The notes beneath the pieces are model-generated. The model was not told the DNA's origin. It was given only the letters and a program-made list of their open reading frames with translations, and did not search any database. A DNA stretch of 64,000 nucleotides from Paraphysomonas bandaiensis (taxonomy: Eukaryota > Protista > Chrysophyceae), in NCBI GenBank assembly GCA_965644295.1, contig CBFFRP010000338.1, forward strand, positions 62,001 through 126,000, in the 5' to 3' direction. Numbering within the stretch: position 1 is the stretch's first letter; each line of letters starts with the position of its first letter. The position numbers were made by a program, and so were the translations under genes. Of this stretch, positions 21,389 to 33,657 are shown piece after piece.

Positions 21389-22960
21389 CAGGGTTCCGTA
21401 ACAATATATTACAACATTTTGTAAGATATATTGATTGGTGAACCGGCAAAAAATTCTATCAATATTGCACTCAATGTAGTCATATGCCGAGCAGGGCTGC
21501 GTATCAAATAATTAATTTTCCTTTAATTAATTGTCAATTGTTGAAATTTCAATAATTGAAATTGGGACCTCAAATCATAATTGCAATTATAATTGACTCC
21601 AGCTTGCTTCAAAATTACCACCTTTTTATGCTATAAAGTTGTTAAAAAATCCAATTTTTAGGATAAAATCAAAGATTGGTGAAAGACTATAATATCCATA
21701 GGGTTACCTCACATAGTAATTAATTAGCGAAATGAGCGATAATCTTGCACCAGAAGAAATTGCACGAGTGTACTTTGAGAAAATAAATGATAATAACGAA
21801 GAGGCTGCAATAGAGACTTGTCCTGTAGGAAAAGAGGCTCCACATTTTCTACGATTGACCGCTACTTGCTTCTATCTAATATCTAATCATTTCCGATGAT
21901 ACGAGTTTGGTTCCGACGTGTTAAGTCTAATACCAAGTGAAAAGGAGCTTGCTAAGCTCGTGCAATTACGGGAAGATTTGGAAATGTTTCAACTAGTGTC
22001 CTTACAATTACAGAAGTAAGATGAACTCGAGCTTGACCTCCAAGACGTTTGTACATTGTTTGACGAACGCATCATAAGGCACCCGATTGTCGAGCGTCAT
22101 CTGGGCGAGAGTGCTGCTATTATTCATAACGCTGCTTTCAAAAAGGCAGTCATGAAGATTCAATGTGGCAACGAAGCCGTAACTCGGATGGAAAAGGATC
22201 AAATTAAAATATTTTTGCTCGGTGAGGATGAAGAAGATTATGACGGCGCGAGTCTAGTTCCGAATGACGACTTCAGTAGAGCTAAGATTGTCATGACGGG
22301 TTTGTGCAAGAGCTTGACTCCTCGACATTTAACAGCTACTTATGTTGTTACGCCTGAATCATCGCCTCTGGAATGAAATGACAGTTGAGGTAGCTATATT
22401 GGCAGGTAGTGTATTTTAGTACTAAATAATTGCAATTAATTGCAGTAATTGAGACAGCAAGTAATAATTGCAATTATAATTGACTACAACCTGCGTCAAT
22501 TAATTGATACGAAGCCCTTAGGGTCCAAAATATAAGTCCATGTTCTGACAGTAATTGCTACAATATAGAGAATGATGAAGCTGATGTTGGCTATGCAGAA
22601 TGCTCTCTTCAGTCAGCTCAAATTATTAAGAAACAAAGAGTAGAAATATCTAAGGTACAAGTGCACGAGTCATGTTGTATGTACTTCCACTACATATGAA
22701 CGCATGTTCAGTACAGCAAAACTTATTTTATCAATGTTGCGCAAACGATTTTGTATGATGGCGATGATCACCGACGGCATCGTCACCGATGATGGCTCAG
22801 AGAATGAGGAAAATTGTAATTTGCTAAGAACTAAGCAGTAGCCAGAGAATGAGCAGTATCATATACAATCTGAAACACAATTGAAAAGCGCCCCAAACGT
22901 GATTTTTCACCGTGACAAGATTACAAGTACCGTTGCAATATATTGTGAGTGTGTACCTGG
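21389..22960 (+). mobile_element. Outer hAT transposon remnant (right boundary approximate)
   Basis: Starts CAGGGTTCCGTAACAATATATT. The segment 22570-22730 translates, with frameshifts, to KKQRVEISK..ERMFSTAKLIL (hAT C-terminal dimerisation region). CAATATATTG recurs near 22936. Confidence 0.5.
21492..22519 (+). mobile_element. Inner hAT transposon remnant (deleted transposase) with terminal inverted repeats
   Basis: TIRs CAGGGCTGCGTATCAA and TTGATACGAAGCCCTT. The subterminal TAATTGCAATTATAATTGACT occurs at both ends. Peptide remnants HLGESAAIIHNAAFKKAVMKIQ and FSRAKIVMT resemble stramenopile hAT transposases. Confidence 0.75.
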
Positions 22961-23173
22961 CAACAAGGTAATGCAATAGAAATGTGATATTTTTATGTTC
23001 TTACTATAATCAATCACTACATACCTTCCTTCAATGTTAGTTAATTAAACAGTAGCAGCACAAGCAATCGAGTCTCAACCCACTACAATAATTCTAACTT
23101 ATAGCTTCATTTGTGAAACGCAATGTTGTATTCAACGTGGTATATTGTTTACAGTGCTATCCACTGCGTAAGC

Positions 23174-23590
23174 CTAAAAAATGTCATCATCAATATCCGA
23201 AGTGGCATATTCACACCAATAGAGGGAGTGTTCTTCAGACCGCGCACGAGGAACAAGCGAGCCACATTTCGAACACACTACTGATGAACCGTCTTCGAAG
23301 GCGTCTCTCAATATAGTTTGCTCTCCCCGTTCAGAGAGAATAGTCTCTTCCCGAACTAATCGTTTACTAATTTCTCTAGCCATTTTAAGAGTGTCGATCA
23401 TAGATTTTCTTTCATTCTCTTCATCTACACGACGTTTTGCTTGTTGCAAAACATCAGCCACGGCATCTTCTCCTCTCGTTAGAGTTATAGCGTGTATAAC
23501 CGCAGCTAATGCCTCTTGAGGGTTGCCTTGACTTATCTCAGACCGAGATATCTTCAAGAGTAACTCCACCGCAGTGCAGACATCATCCAT
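23174..23590 (-). CDS. Small conserved protein with C-terminal C2HC zinc finger (plant/algal type)
   Basis: 138-aa ORF with NPQEALAAVIHAI, ILSERG..ILRDAFEDGSS and C-x2-C-x11-H-x4-C (CSKCGSLVPRARSEEHSLYWC). Confidence 0.8.
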   Translation of the reverse strand: MDDVCTAVELLLKISRSEISQGNPQEALAAVIHAITLTRGEDAVADVLQQAKRRVDEENERKSMIDTLKMAREISKRLVREETILSERGEQTILRDAFEDGSSVVCSKCGSLVPRARSEEHSLYWCEYATSDIDDDIF

Positions 23591-24099
23591 TCTATATCAA
23601 TAGCCTTCCACGTACAATTTCGTGGAGGAATATATGGCTAACTGATTGATGTCAATACAACCACTTGGAAATATATATGCAACCTGCGGCCGGACTGAAA
23701 TACGTCCAACAAATACACTGTAAGTATGCAGAAAAAACGCTGGATATGGTGTATTTTGCAGGGTTTCTACATTTCGTACAGTGGATTTCGGGATTTTGGA
23801 CAATCGAACCCATAATATTGGAAAATCAGGATGTGGTCTACTCTATTCACATGTCCACATACCACAATTCAGCTTCTTCGGTCTCCCCCTCGTTCCCCTT
23901 CATTCTGATAGATTCCGTGTTGAACTCCTAGTGAAAGACTTCCATCCGGTCACATATGCATATATATCTAGTCCGTAGCATCCTCCGCATATGTATATAT
24001 ATATGCGTGTTATAGGGGTCGTATATACATATATATAGGGGGGGAAGCAGATATGCCATCGTCAAAGAATGAACTTCATGACATTATCAGCTTACCGTC

Positions 24100-24670
24100 A
24101 CGATTGATCCGCATCTGTTCACAGCATCCTTCCATCCCATATCAGTGTAGGGTTGTTATGCTCCTGACGTCTCATCCGATGCGCTTCTGTGCTGTTCATT
24201 CGGGTATCGTATAGCAATTTTATTTAGAAACAAGTTGAAACTTTTCATGCATCGTATTTAGAGTAGCTGAGCTCTTGAACACAACACATCCAATAGAATC
24301 TGGTGGTTCAACTGCTCTGTCATTCATCCCAACTCTAAACTTCCCACTTCATCACGATCTTTGAAGTGGCTTCAAAGACAACAACCTTTACGTTTTCACT
24401 CTACACCCACTCATCCGAAAACTACTGTAGGGACGTTACATCCTTGACTACGAAAGGCCTCCACAAAGCAAGAACTCTCAAGCCCCCGGATACTCGACGA
24501 TACCCAGAGGGCTGCCCACCAGATAAAAGTACGCACTAATGAAAGCAGGAGCGGTTTCGCTTTTCCATTGCGCAAATAGTGCAGGAGAAGAAATTTTGTA
24601 AAGAAGTTTGTACGTATATTAAAACCTAGTTCTTACACTACAAGTTTTACTGCAAATAATAGACTTTATT
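24100..24670 (+). mobile_element. Degenerate copy of the 'PPD'-ORF element at 3128-4530
   Basis: Collinear similar segments: CCTTCCATC, LLNTTHPIE, KPPDTRRYPEGCPPDKSTH*, then an AAATAGT..GTTTGTA..TGC(T)AAATAAT tail. Confidence 0.4.
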
Positions 24671-25370
24671 GCATATATTATTATGTGGTACATAGAACCA
24701 TTTAGCTAAAATAAGAAAATTTCTTTTTTCCTGCATTATGAGCCAATTCTCAATGTCTGTTTATTCGTCAAAAGACCCCATGAATTTTACTCAAGAAACA
24801 CATACTTCTGTTCCATGTACGACAAGGATTAGTCTGTAAGTGAGTGGATTCCCATATATAAAATCTCTCCGGTACTTATCCCGCTAAACACCACAAACTG
24901 GGGAGAGTCCGTCCTTTCTGAGGGTACCAAATAAAGAATTGAAAGTCCAGCAAATGTAGTTATTATCTAGCCTCTTATAAGAAAGTGAGACTTTAAAATC
25001 AGGGCTGCGTAACAATTAATAATTCTTATCACATAGAGGCATATCTCGTACAGTCACACATCTTGTACAGTTCAGTGTATTATCATTTTCAATATGTGTT
25101 GTATTCAACTATATACTATATGATATACCATCTTCAAATTCCCACGAATATACACATTAAAACCGTATCACGGAAGGATAATGGACTTAAAAAACCTAAA
25201 TATATATATCACATCGGTGTTATATGGCTGTTAAGACTTTCTGCAATCAGAAGAAGATGTGATCGTTGAACCTTGTTAAATGCCGCGTATGCTTTAACTA
25301 ACTTGTAGTTATACTTAACCACTGATAGTAAGGAGGCTATATCGTCTCGCGCTCGAAGTTTTACGAATAG

Positions 25371-25630
25371 TAAACAGGCATCCGGGAATAGACCCACCTC
25401 AAGGGCATCTGGGGTATTGGGCGGCCTGCTCAAGTCAAGCATCTGGGCTGTTACCTTCAGGACAGAGAGCAAAAGTAGTTGCAACTTGGTGCTTGCGGTG
25501 ACGTACAAGCAGCTTTCGTAGCGCTAACTAGTAGGGTATCAGAGTTAAGCACTTGTAAGTTAAATTGTTTTGCTACATTAGTTCTGACTCTTACACATCT
25601 ATTGCTAATAGTCAGACATTCACTACTATT
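25371..25630 (+). repeat. Composite repeat: 5' block shared with 15680/16513, 3' block shared with 4348-4530
   Basis: TTGGTGCTTGCGGTGACGTACAAGCAGCTTTCGTAGCG and CTATTGCTAATAGTCAGACATTCACTACT are near-identical to about 4355-4392 and 4497-4527. Confidence 0.85.
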
Positions 25631-25915
25631 AAGATAGAAGAGAGTTTCTGTTTAAACCGAATGTTGGTGTTGAATGTATGAGCGTTCTGTTGACGTAATT
25701 CAAAGGTTAGAAGGACGCAACAAATTGGAATGGGTATTTTAAGATAATAATTATTATAACTGTAAAATAGACGTGTATATCACGTTTAATCAATTCTACA
25801 AACATTTCAAAACACCCAAGAATCATAATATAACGAAAAGAATCAAACTGGAATAATGATTCCCCGTGAATTAACGACTGTTCAGAAGTTATTGCAGCTA
25901 ATCACGCATAAGTGT

Positions 25916-28900
25916 TTAATGCTGCTTATATTCGATGTTTGAACTCACATAAAGAAGAAAGTATACCCACGGGACGTTGACTACAATAGAAGCAAGCAAG
26001 TATCCATAAGCTTTCAATTCAAGTCCACATATAATTTTGGAAATTTTTTTATTCAGAAGTGATTTTAATTCATCGTACGACCATTGTAGGGTTCCGTCTT
26101 CACTACAAAAAGCCGAAAACTCAAAGGCGCCATTTGGGGTAATATCTTGCCAATGTATCATGAGCAAAAACTTGTAAAATAAAAACCTTTATAAGAATTG
26201 TTAGCCATACATGACATAAAATACTGACGTCACACATACCGAAATAGTAATGAATGCTTACACGTATGAACATATAGAAGTACATAACGAACAACATAGC
26301 AAAATCAAAACAGTGTACAGTATTCTACACCTGACAGCTTCTACGACTATACACAAAATCGAAAACATCATCACCATGATGGTTCATTAATGAACGCTTC
26401 CATATATATAAATAGTACAGGAAAAGACGCACGAATTGAACATTACATGTACATTGCGCACACCTTGATACGTTAATGAGCACATATACAACACCAACAG
26501 CCAGGCTTTGTAATAACGTAGAATGTGCCTCCCACTCAATGTTACAAGCACATTGCCGGGTCGTGAACTGCAGCATTACTCGAGATGGGCCACTACATGT
26601 GAAGTCACATGCCGGCAGCTCGTCACAATCAAATATATTGGACTGGAGCCGCTGTTCTACAATTGGATATATAGTCGAATCGCAAGTCATGCTCAATGGG
26701 GCAGTGGGGTAGGACCTATTAATGGTTGAAGATGGAGGTGCATACGCCTCGCCCGTGGTCTTTGATACCGGACACTGCGATATACAACACGTCCGTATTA
26801 AACAATATAAATTACTTCTATTCCAGCGACATCTCTATTATCATGCATGCATAGCAGACCTTCAAGTCTGTTTCAGTATAGCATGATTCGTATCCTGCAG
26901 ATTTATGCCCACAACAAGCCTCGCCATACGCCCTGTCCATGGCACTCATGTCCACACAAGACAGCAGCAATTCTGTAGATTTGGCTACAGACTGCATAGA
27001 GCATTATTAATTACGGGGCCTACATGATGGTCTAAAAATAAAATATATATAAATACACCTTTTCGTAACAACTAGCACAAGACAGAGGTAACAATGTTAT
27101 ATATCGATAGACTCACCTCATGACTACTGGTCACATCTTCAATAGCATATTTCACTTCTTCCAGCTTTGATCTAGCTTCTGCATTTGCGTTAGAACAAAG
27201 GCTCGTCAAATCATAATTATATTCTTCCAAGCTGTTGCCTACAATTGCGTGACCGCTATTGCTTGCATAATTGTAGGCAGCAGCGTTTAAGTTACGGGAT
27301 AAAAATGTTTCGTTTCGAGTTTGATGCGCATTTACGCAGGCTTCCTGATAAGTGGTGTACACTGGTATATAGGCGGCTATACAAATACACAATCAACTTG
27401 GCACACCAGACACACGTAGAAAAGTTATACGCACGTAGAAAAGTACATGTGCACGAAATACCAACGGTAAAGCGAGTATATATGCAACTACACACCTGAT
27501 AGTGCATACGTAACAATTACGATGCATATCAACCCAGCCGCAATGAACATCCATAGGCCACTTGGCATTAAAGAAAAAGAACCGATAGATGACTGACACA
27601 TCACGATTGTACTTGGTCTTAAATCGGCAGCAGGTATTACCAAAGAAGTTTTCTTCATGTGACTCCGCACAAGCCGAATCGTTTGAACTATGCGATAAAG
27701 AATATCCACTAAAACCATCAAGCTAAAAATACGTTGGATAGGATGAAGCCATTCTACTAATACCGCCTCATCAGGAGGACTAAATAGCTGGTATGAAAAA
27801 GAGTATCTCGAGAAAGTAGATTTCGTGGACGGAAAGTCGAAATCGAATATTGTTGATGCCGTATCTGGCAATGCTGCTGCAGATACACGCGCGGAATTTA
27901 GTTCAGTCTGTACGTAACATTAAATTACCAAATATTATACATTACCCTCATCAGACGTGGTCACTTGCCTTAATAGCTTCGGATATGCGTGAGAAGTAGT
28001 GCGATATATTCGCCACCAGAACCTTCAACGACATATATCAACACTTTTAAAGCATGGGTAAGATAACAACAACAGATCGATTTCATCAATTCCTACCTAC
28101 CTCAACTGACTGAGAGTACGATATAACTTCATCGTCCACAGTACTTCCATTACAACTATCCTTTAAACTTGTGTTCACAGACTCGTACGGCGGTGGGTGG
28201 TAGTCATTCGCGGTGAACGTATCACTGCTATGAACAGTAGCTAAAATATCACTGTTCCAATCCGAAGCAACGCTTGAAACCCTACAATTTCCTCACAAAA
28301 TCACACAACAATTCGCAACAAATGTATCAATATTTTAACCTATTAGCGACAGCAGTGGCAGATTCATAGGCTGATGAGATAGCATACGATAAATCATCGT
28401 AGATTTCATCTGGACTGGGCGCTTTGTAGAACGTAGGCAAAGCAGGCATAATAAAAGGTACAAACTGCCAGTCCCTCTGAATATAATCGAGGTTATAATA
28501 TAATAGAGCGCGTCATTTTCGTATATTCATATGGAGCGGACATTTTATACTACAGTAATAGCAACTACAAAACTCTCAACTACCTTGCTGAAGTCACACC
28601 AGCTCATTCCATTCACTCTAATCGAGCACAGATTCACTGGATGAGGAGAATATTTAACAAGATTTCTATTTACCCAACTTGCCAATCCTGCATACATATC
28701 AACATATGTCCATTACGCAACACTTGCACAGTGATTAAATGGGACATGATTTTATCATAAAGACACCAACACCTACCAGTTGTCGCAGTAACTGTGTCAA
28801 AAAAGTTATCAGCAGCAATTATTTTTTCTTCAACTCGGTCAACATAGCGTTGTATATGGCTGCGAATTTCAGCAAACTTGGTATCGAAGTACATATTATT

Positions 28901-30010
28901 ACTAAATGCATGTCAAAAAATAGAAGTCATGAAATAGACATTAACACCTGAGAGTAGCTTCCTGGATAGCGGTATAGATTGCTGTACCAGATGTGGGGCC
29001 TGGGCAGGCAGTATCGTTTTCACCCACAACTAAACATGCCAAGAGAATATCTAAATATCCGTGAAGCTGCCGAGATAAAGATTCTGGTGAGTTTATATCT
29101 TGCAACGCCTGTGCACACAGCACAAAATTACACTATTTCATATATATGAAGGGCTATAGTTTAAAATTCATACCTCCAGGTGTGATGCTGAAATATTTTC
29201 TATTAATACACTGAGAGAAGTTCGAATATTTCTCGTCTTATTTAACGCATAGTCCTGGTTGTAGCGCGCTAGTACCTTTGAGTATTCAGCCAAAGACTGA
29301 ACAGCATTGAGTGAATTTTCAGCCCATATGTTAGTACTACGCATCGCATCGGATTGAATACTTTTTGAAGATGTATAATCTGATTGTGGAGAACTATAGC
29401 CAAGTAACTGTTGTACTTTTAGAATATTCTCCGATGTGCATGTATTAGTAAAAACAAGGCCTTGGTGCACAGAATCAGACGCCTCGATCCATCCCTGAAG
29501 AGACTCCACGGTTTCAGTAAGAGCATTTCGACACACGCTGTGATGCTCTTGAGATATATGTAACAAATCGTCGTATTGCTTCAATACATTGTCGGATCTC
29601 TCCACCTCATTTCTATATGCGCGTTGCAATGACTTTTGACAGAGGGAAGACTGAATAGAAGCACATTGCGCGTAATTATTACGCTGATTAATTGTTTCTG
29701 AATATGCATATCGACATGACTGAATAACAGATGAAAACACTGGGGACGGAATGGAACTATGGACAATCTGATAAGCGAGAGTGAGAGTCGTCAGCCACAG
29801 CAACAAAACAGCAACTATACAGAACAACATTCGGTGGGCAAGCTTGACCCATTCCTCACTCTGGGGGGGTAGTAGATTAGGAAGGGACGAGTCACCAGTA
29901 TGACTGAGGTGTTGTCTTTTGGGGATATACTGTAGCGGTGGATTCAGGTTGAAACTGGCATTGGATCTTCTTGGTCTCGGAGTGGTGCGGTTGATATACA
30001 CACTTTCCAT
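25916..30010 (-). CDS. Large uncharacterised multi-exon membrane protein (about 5 TM helices, two Cys-rich loops)
   Basis: The minus-strand ORFs at 29168-30010, 28941, 28670, 27488, 27072, 26325 and 25916 join through splice sites into one frame (e.g. TTG|LASWVNRN..WCDFSK|RDWQF..DYHPPPY..). It has hydrophobic segments but no family I recognise. Not every 3' junction was verified. Confidence 0.75.
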
Positions 30011-30648
30011 TTAGCAGTAGAGTAAATATATTGACAATAAACATATATTTTTGTTCCATACATCAGTGAGTTGACTCTAATCATGATATCCAGAGACTGA
30101 CGGTGTGCCCTCGGTCTCATATACGTCCACCGGAACTTCACAGTTGAATTAATACAAAAAAAGTCAATTAAAGAGATTACTGTGTTTTAGGTGGTGGTAA
30201 GTGATTGGAGTGGGCTACGTAAGGTGGTAAATTAAGTTTGATGATTGACTGGGGCCTGCATATCTTAATAGTATCATGTCAATTACTCACAGTGCTCTGG
30301 CTGTAGCTGTAGGATTCCTACACTATGTGTACACAGAAAACCCATTCAATTTCAGTTTAGACAACTAACAAAATCCCTATTTTCCAAGTACAAGGCCTCT
30401 TTGTTCCGCTGTTCTTAACCAAAAAAATGTCTAAAATTGTACCTTTTCGAAAAACCTGTTTTAGGTTTAGTCAAATACTGTGCAACAAACTGAAAGTGTC
30501 GATTCAAGATATTGCTTCTTTATGTGGTTTGTCATGGCATCGAGCTCACCATTGACTCATCTCTATCACGTCACGAGACATACCATTACTCTACATCTCT
30601 ATTAAGAAGAGGCATTTATTACCGTGCACATTGGCAGCATACAATACA

Positions 30649-30953
30649 ATGGTAGGTTTAATATTTTTCATTATTCAAATATTTATAACTCCTGTTTTGT
30701 GTTGTAGGACCAACCTGTAAAGCTCGCAAAGGTTAACCGTGTTATCGGCAGAACCGGAAACACTGGAAATGTTATTCAGGTCAGAGTTGAATTTCTTGAC
30801 GACCCCAACCGCTCAATCATTAGAAACGTGAAGGGACCTGTTAGAGAGGTATATTTTAGAATATGGATTTGTGACCTGCTGTAATTTTCTTATTTTTAGG
30901 GTGACATCTTGTCTTTAATGGAATGGGAGCGTGAAGCACGACGTCTCAGATAA
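30649..30953 (+). CDS. RPS28: 40S ribosomal protein S28 (eS28); 3 exons, missed by the ORF track
   Basis: ATG, intron 30652-30707, [47 protein letters not shown], intron 30849-30899, [17 protein letters not shown]. Confidence 0.97.
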
Positions 30954-31593
30954 GTTAACAAATAACTTGAAACTTATCGGAGCAGTGTGTGTGCCAATAC
31001 TGTGCTGGTAATTAACTGTACAATTCAAAGTAATTATACTCTTTTGTCACGAGGTTGGTTTTTGGTCATACACTTATTGAGTAGCTAGCATGAAGTGGTA
31101 TCACCCGGCTTATTCCTGAAGTCGTATATATCGATGACATTTCGCTTGGATATCGAGATACTCACATCTGTAGAATTAGTGGGTTGGAATGCACAATACT
31201 GAATGATGGATTAGTGCAGCTGCACGCCTATCTGGGCGGAAGTTGATGATCGTAGTTACGTAGTCCACCAAGTATGCATGGTTCAGTAGCGTAATATCAA
31301 CAGCCTTCAAAGATTGCAGTGATGCGTCATATATATGGACAGCCACTGGAATTCAATTGCTTTGCTACACACCGCATAAGCGACTCTTGATTCTACCAAT
31401 GCTACCTATATATAAGGGTAAAATAATTTTGAAATTCGCTTAGGATTTACAGGAGTTCTAGACGCATACAAATTTACTAATTCCATTAACTCTAAAGAGA
31501 AGCCGACAAATATCCGTATCGCAGTTTATAGGGTGCTTTTTTCATTTTGTCAATAAACAGATATACGCTGCTAGATGCTAGAGTACTATTTGG

Positions 31594-32375
31594 TTACACC
31601 GCCAAGCCTAGACTAGTAAGAAAAAAGTCATTCAATATGTCAGGAATGATAGAACTAACGATCTTAGGCTTGTGATAAAACCATGCACGGCACTTCTTCT
31701 GCCACCTGGAGAAGTTCTTCGCATCGAATATCGGCATTGAGTCTTTTCGCTTGTCGGTTGTCGAATCCAAGTCGGTCGAGTCGTAACCTTGTAACTTTAA
31801 CTGACATCTCGCTACCAAATAAAGAATTGATCTTTATAATAGTAAAACAATGTTGTGATTATTAGAGTGTAAGTAATGAACACAGTGAAGTGAGAATAAT
31901 GAATATCAATATAGAACATAACTATCATACACAACGGAATAGTTAAAAGTGTAACTGATAACGACGACGTTATGACTATCATGTATCTTCGACAGATACT
32001 CTCTCAAATTCAGTTCATGATATATTCCATTGAACATTATAACTCACAGATAAAATCTTGTATTAAGATGAATCCTATTAGGGTAGAGCTCCTCAGGCCT
32101 TTGTGGAAGAGGATTCTGTATCAGTGAGTCAAGGTTATTTAACCTAAGATATATGGACGAGGGTCTGTTGGGGCCCTTGCGTGTCTTTGAATGGCATTTG
32201 CTGCTGGGGCAAAGGAGTAGCTGACGGAGTTGGCATTGTGACTTCTCTACTGAGGAGGGGCGCGTTAATATTAAACACTTGATTACTGAGGGTCGACAAG
32301 AGATATTATACGAAATGATCATTACAATTGTAATGAATTGAGTACGTGCTAACTGGGTTGTGCTATTGTTCAATA
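31594..32375 (-). mobile_element. Truncated LTR retrotransposon 5' end (LTR, PBS, gag start), copia-like
   Basis: Minus strand shows a putative LTR at about 32375-31818, a PBS-like TGGTAGCGAGA at 31817-31807, then MPIFDAKNFSRWQKKCRAWF, typical of a copia gag N-terminus. The LTR end is duplicated at 9346-9396. Confidence 0.65.
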
Positions 32376-32656
32376 AATAATAAATACTACGACAACAATT
32401 AGCTATAAAGAGATGAATTTTTTTGCTAAATTAAGCACCTTGGTAAGGCAACATTATGAGTTTTATACTATGGTCAATGTATTGCTATATGTCTGTTTAG
32501 CGTTTAGAAATATTTTGACTAGCAACGTTTTTCTGTTTAAAAGACGGTTCTACATTAATGCCCAAGACTGTAAAGGGCAGAAGTGAATTCAACCAGTTTA
32601 AGATTAAAAATATAATACTACTTAGTGTTGATATATCCCAATGTACGATAATGTCA

Positions 32657-33325
32657 TTACAGGGAAACATTAACTTGTTCACGCATATTTTTCTTCTCTC
32701 GAAACATTGCGTGCGCCTGCTCCCAATTATCCTTGAAGGAACTCTTTTTTCTGCCTTCTATCTGAGAAACATCAACTTCTGGGTCACCATTGAATACATT
32801 ACTCCACCATATAACACTTCCTGGAATATAAACGTGCTTCACTAAAGTTACTTTCAACTGCTTCACACCGTCAGTTGTAATTAGCTCCCAATCAACCCCG
32901 TCTTCTGGCACCTCAACCTTATATCTCAGCTCTTTCGATAAAATCACCTCTGTCTTCGATTGTACGGTAAACATACTCTCCTCTACACTAATAACTACAT
33001 CCGCACCCTTCAGAGTAGAATCCACAGGTATCCACAACGTTACTTCTTGGCGGTCCTGTTCCCATGTATGCGTTGGCGCACTTCCTGTAGCCTTAAATCG
33101 TCGAGAAGAAGACGCCGCACTACAAGGAATTGGTTCCTGTTTCAATGTGTCGCTTTCAACAGAAGATGTGTCATCTAGACTGGGAGGAATAACACTTGCA
33201 CCTTGTGAGTTTATTTGGATACTGCTACCTTCAGCAATTGTATGAACTTTCGGCATACGACTGGAGCGTTCATCATCTTCACTATCAGAGTCCTGAAATT
33301 TATCCCACTTTGAATAATCTACCAT
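32657..33325 (-). CDS. CS (p23/NudC-like) domain co-chaperone protein
   Basis: MVDYSKWDKF start, WEQDRQEVTLWIPV, VDWEL..LKVTLVK, WWSNVFNGDPEVDVSQI. Confidence 0.85.
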   Translation of the reverse strand: MVDYSKWDKFQDSDSEDDERSSRMPKVHTIAEGSSIQINSQGASVIPPSLDDTSSVESDTLKQEPIPCSAASSSRRFKATGSAPTHTWEQDRQEVTLWIPVDSTLKGADVVISVEESMFTVQSKTEVILSKELRYKVEVPEDGVDWELITTDGVKQLKVTLVKHVYIPGSVIWWSNVFNGDPEVDVSQIEGRKKSSFKDNWEQAHAMFREKKNMREQVNVSL

Positions 33326-33657
33326 CCTTGAGTCCTCCTTGATATTATGCTATAGGTATGGCGACTGGAAATTACTCCTATTTATATGTTGTTTTTATGT
33401 TAAGTTTCCAGAAATTAGAACCATAAAAACCCGAATAGTAGGAATTCCTATGTGATTTTAGTGGGTGCTGCTGTAGAATCCCCATTAAAAGTGATGGAAT
33501 GATGTTGTATTCCAAGCATAGTATTCGGTATTCTCGGTATATAAGTCAGTCCTGTATCATAAGGTTGTGGTGTCTGTTATGTGAGCTTCATTAACTGTTC
33601 ATTGCCCTCCTCAGCAGGGAATACTGCGTTTTGTGTCGTCTATATATATCCTGCATC

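Noticed and set aside
25485-25545. Hammerhead ribozyme on the minus strand (CTGATAC...CGAAA)
   Set aside because: The core is not CUGANGA, stem III/cleavage site does not form, and the other copy lacks CTGA.
31105-31345. Possible small minus-strand spliced gene (..AYLVDYVTTIINFRPDR|CEYLDIQAK..)
   Set aside because: It needs a weak GC donor, has no convincing start exon and no recognisable family; RNA-seq is needed.
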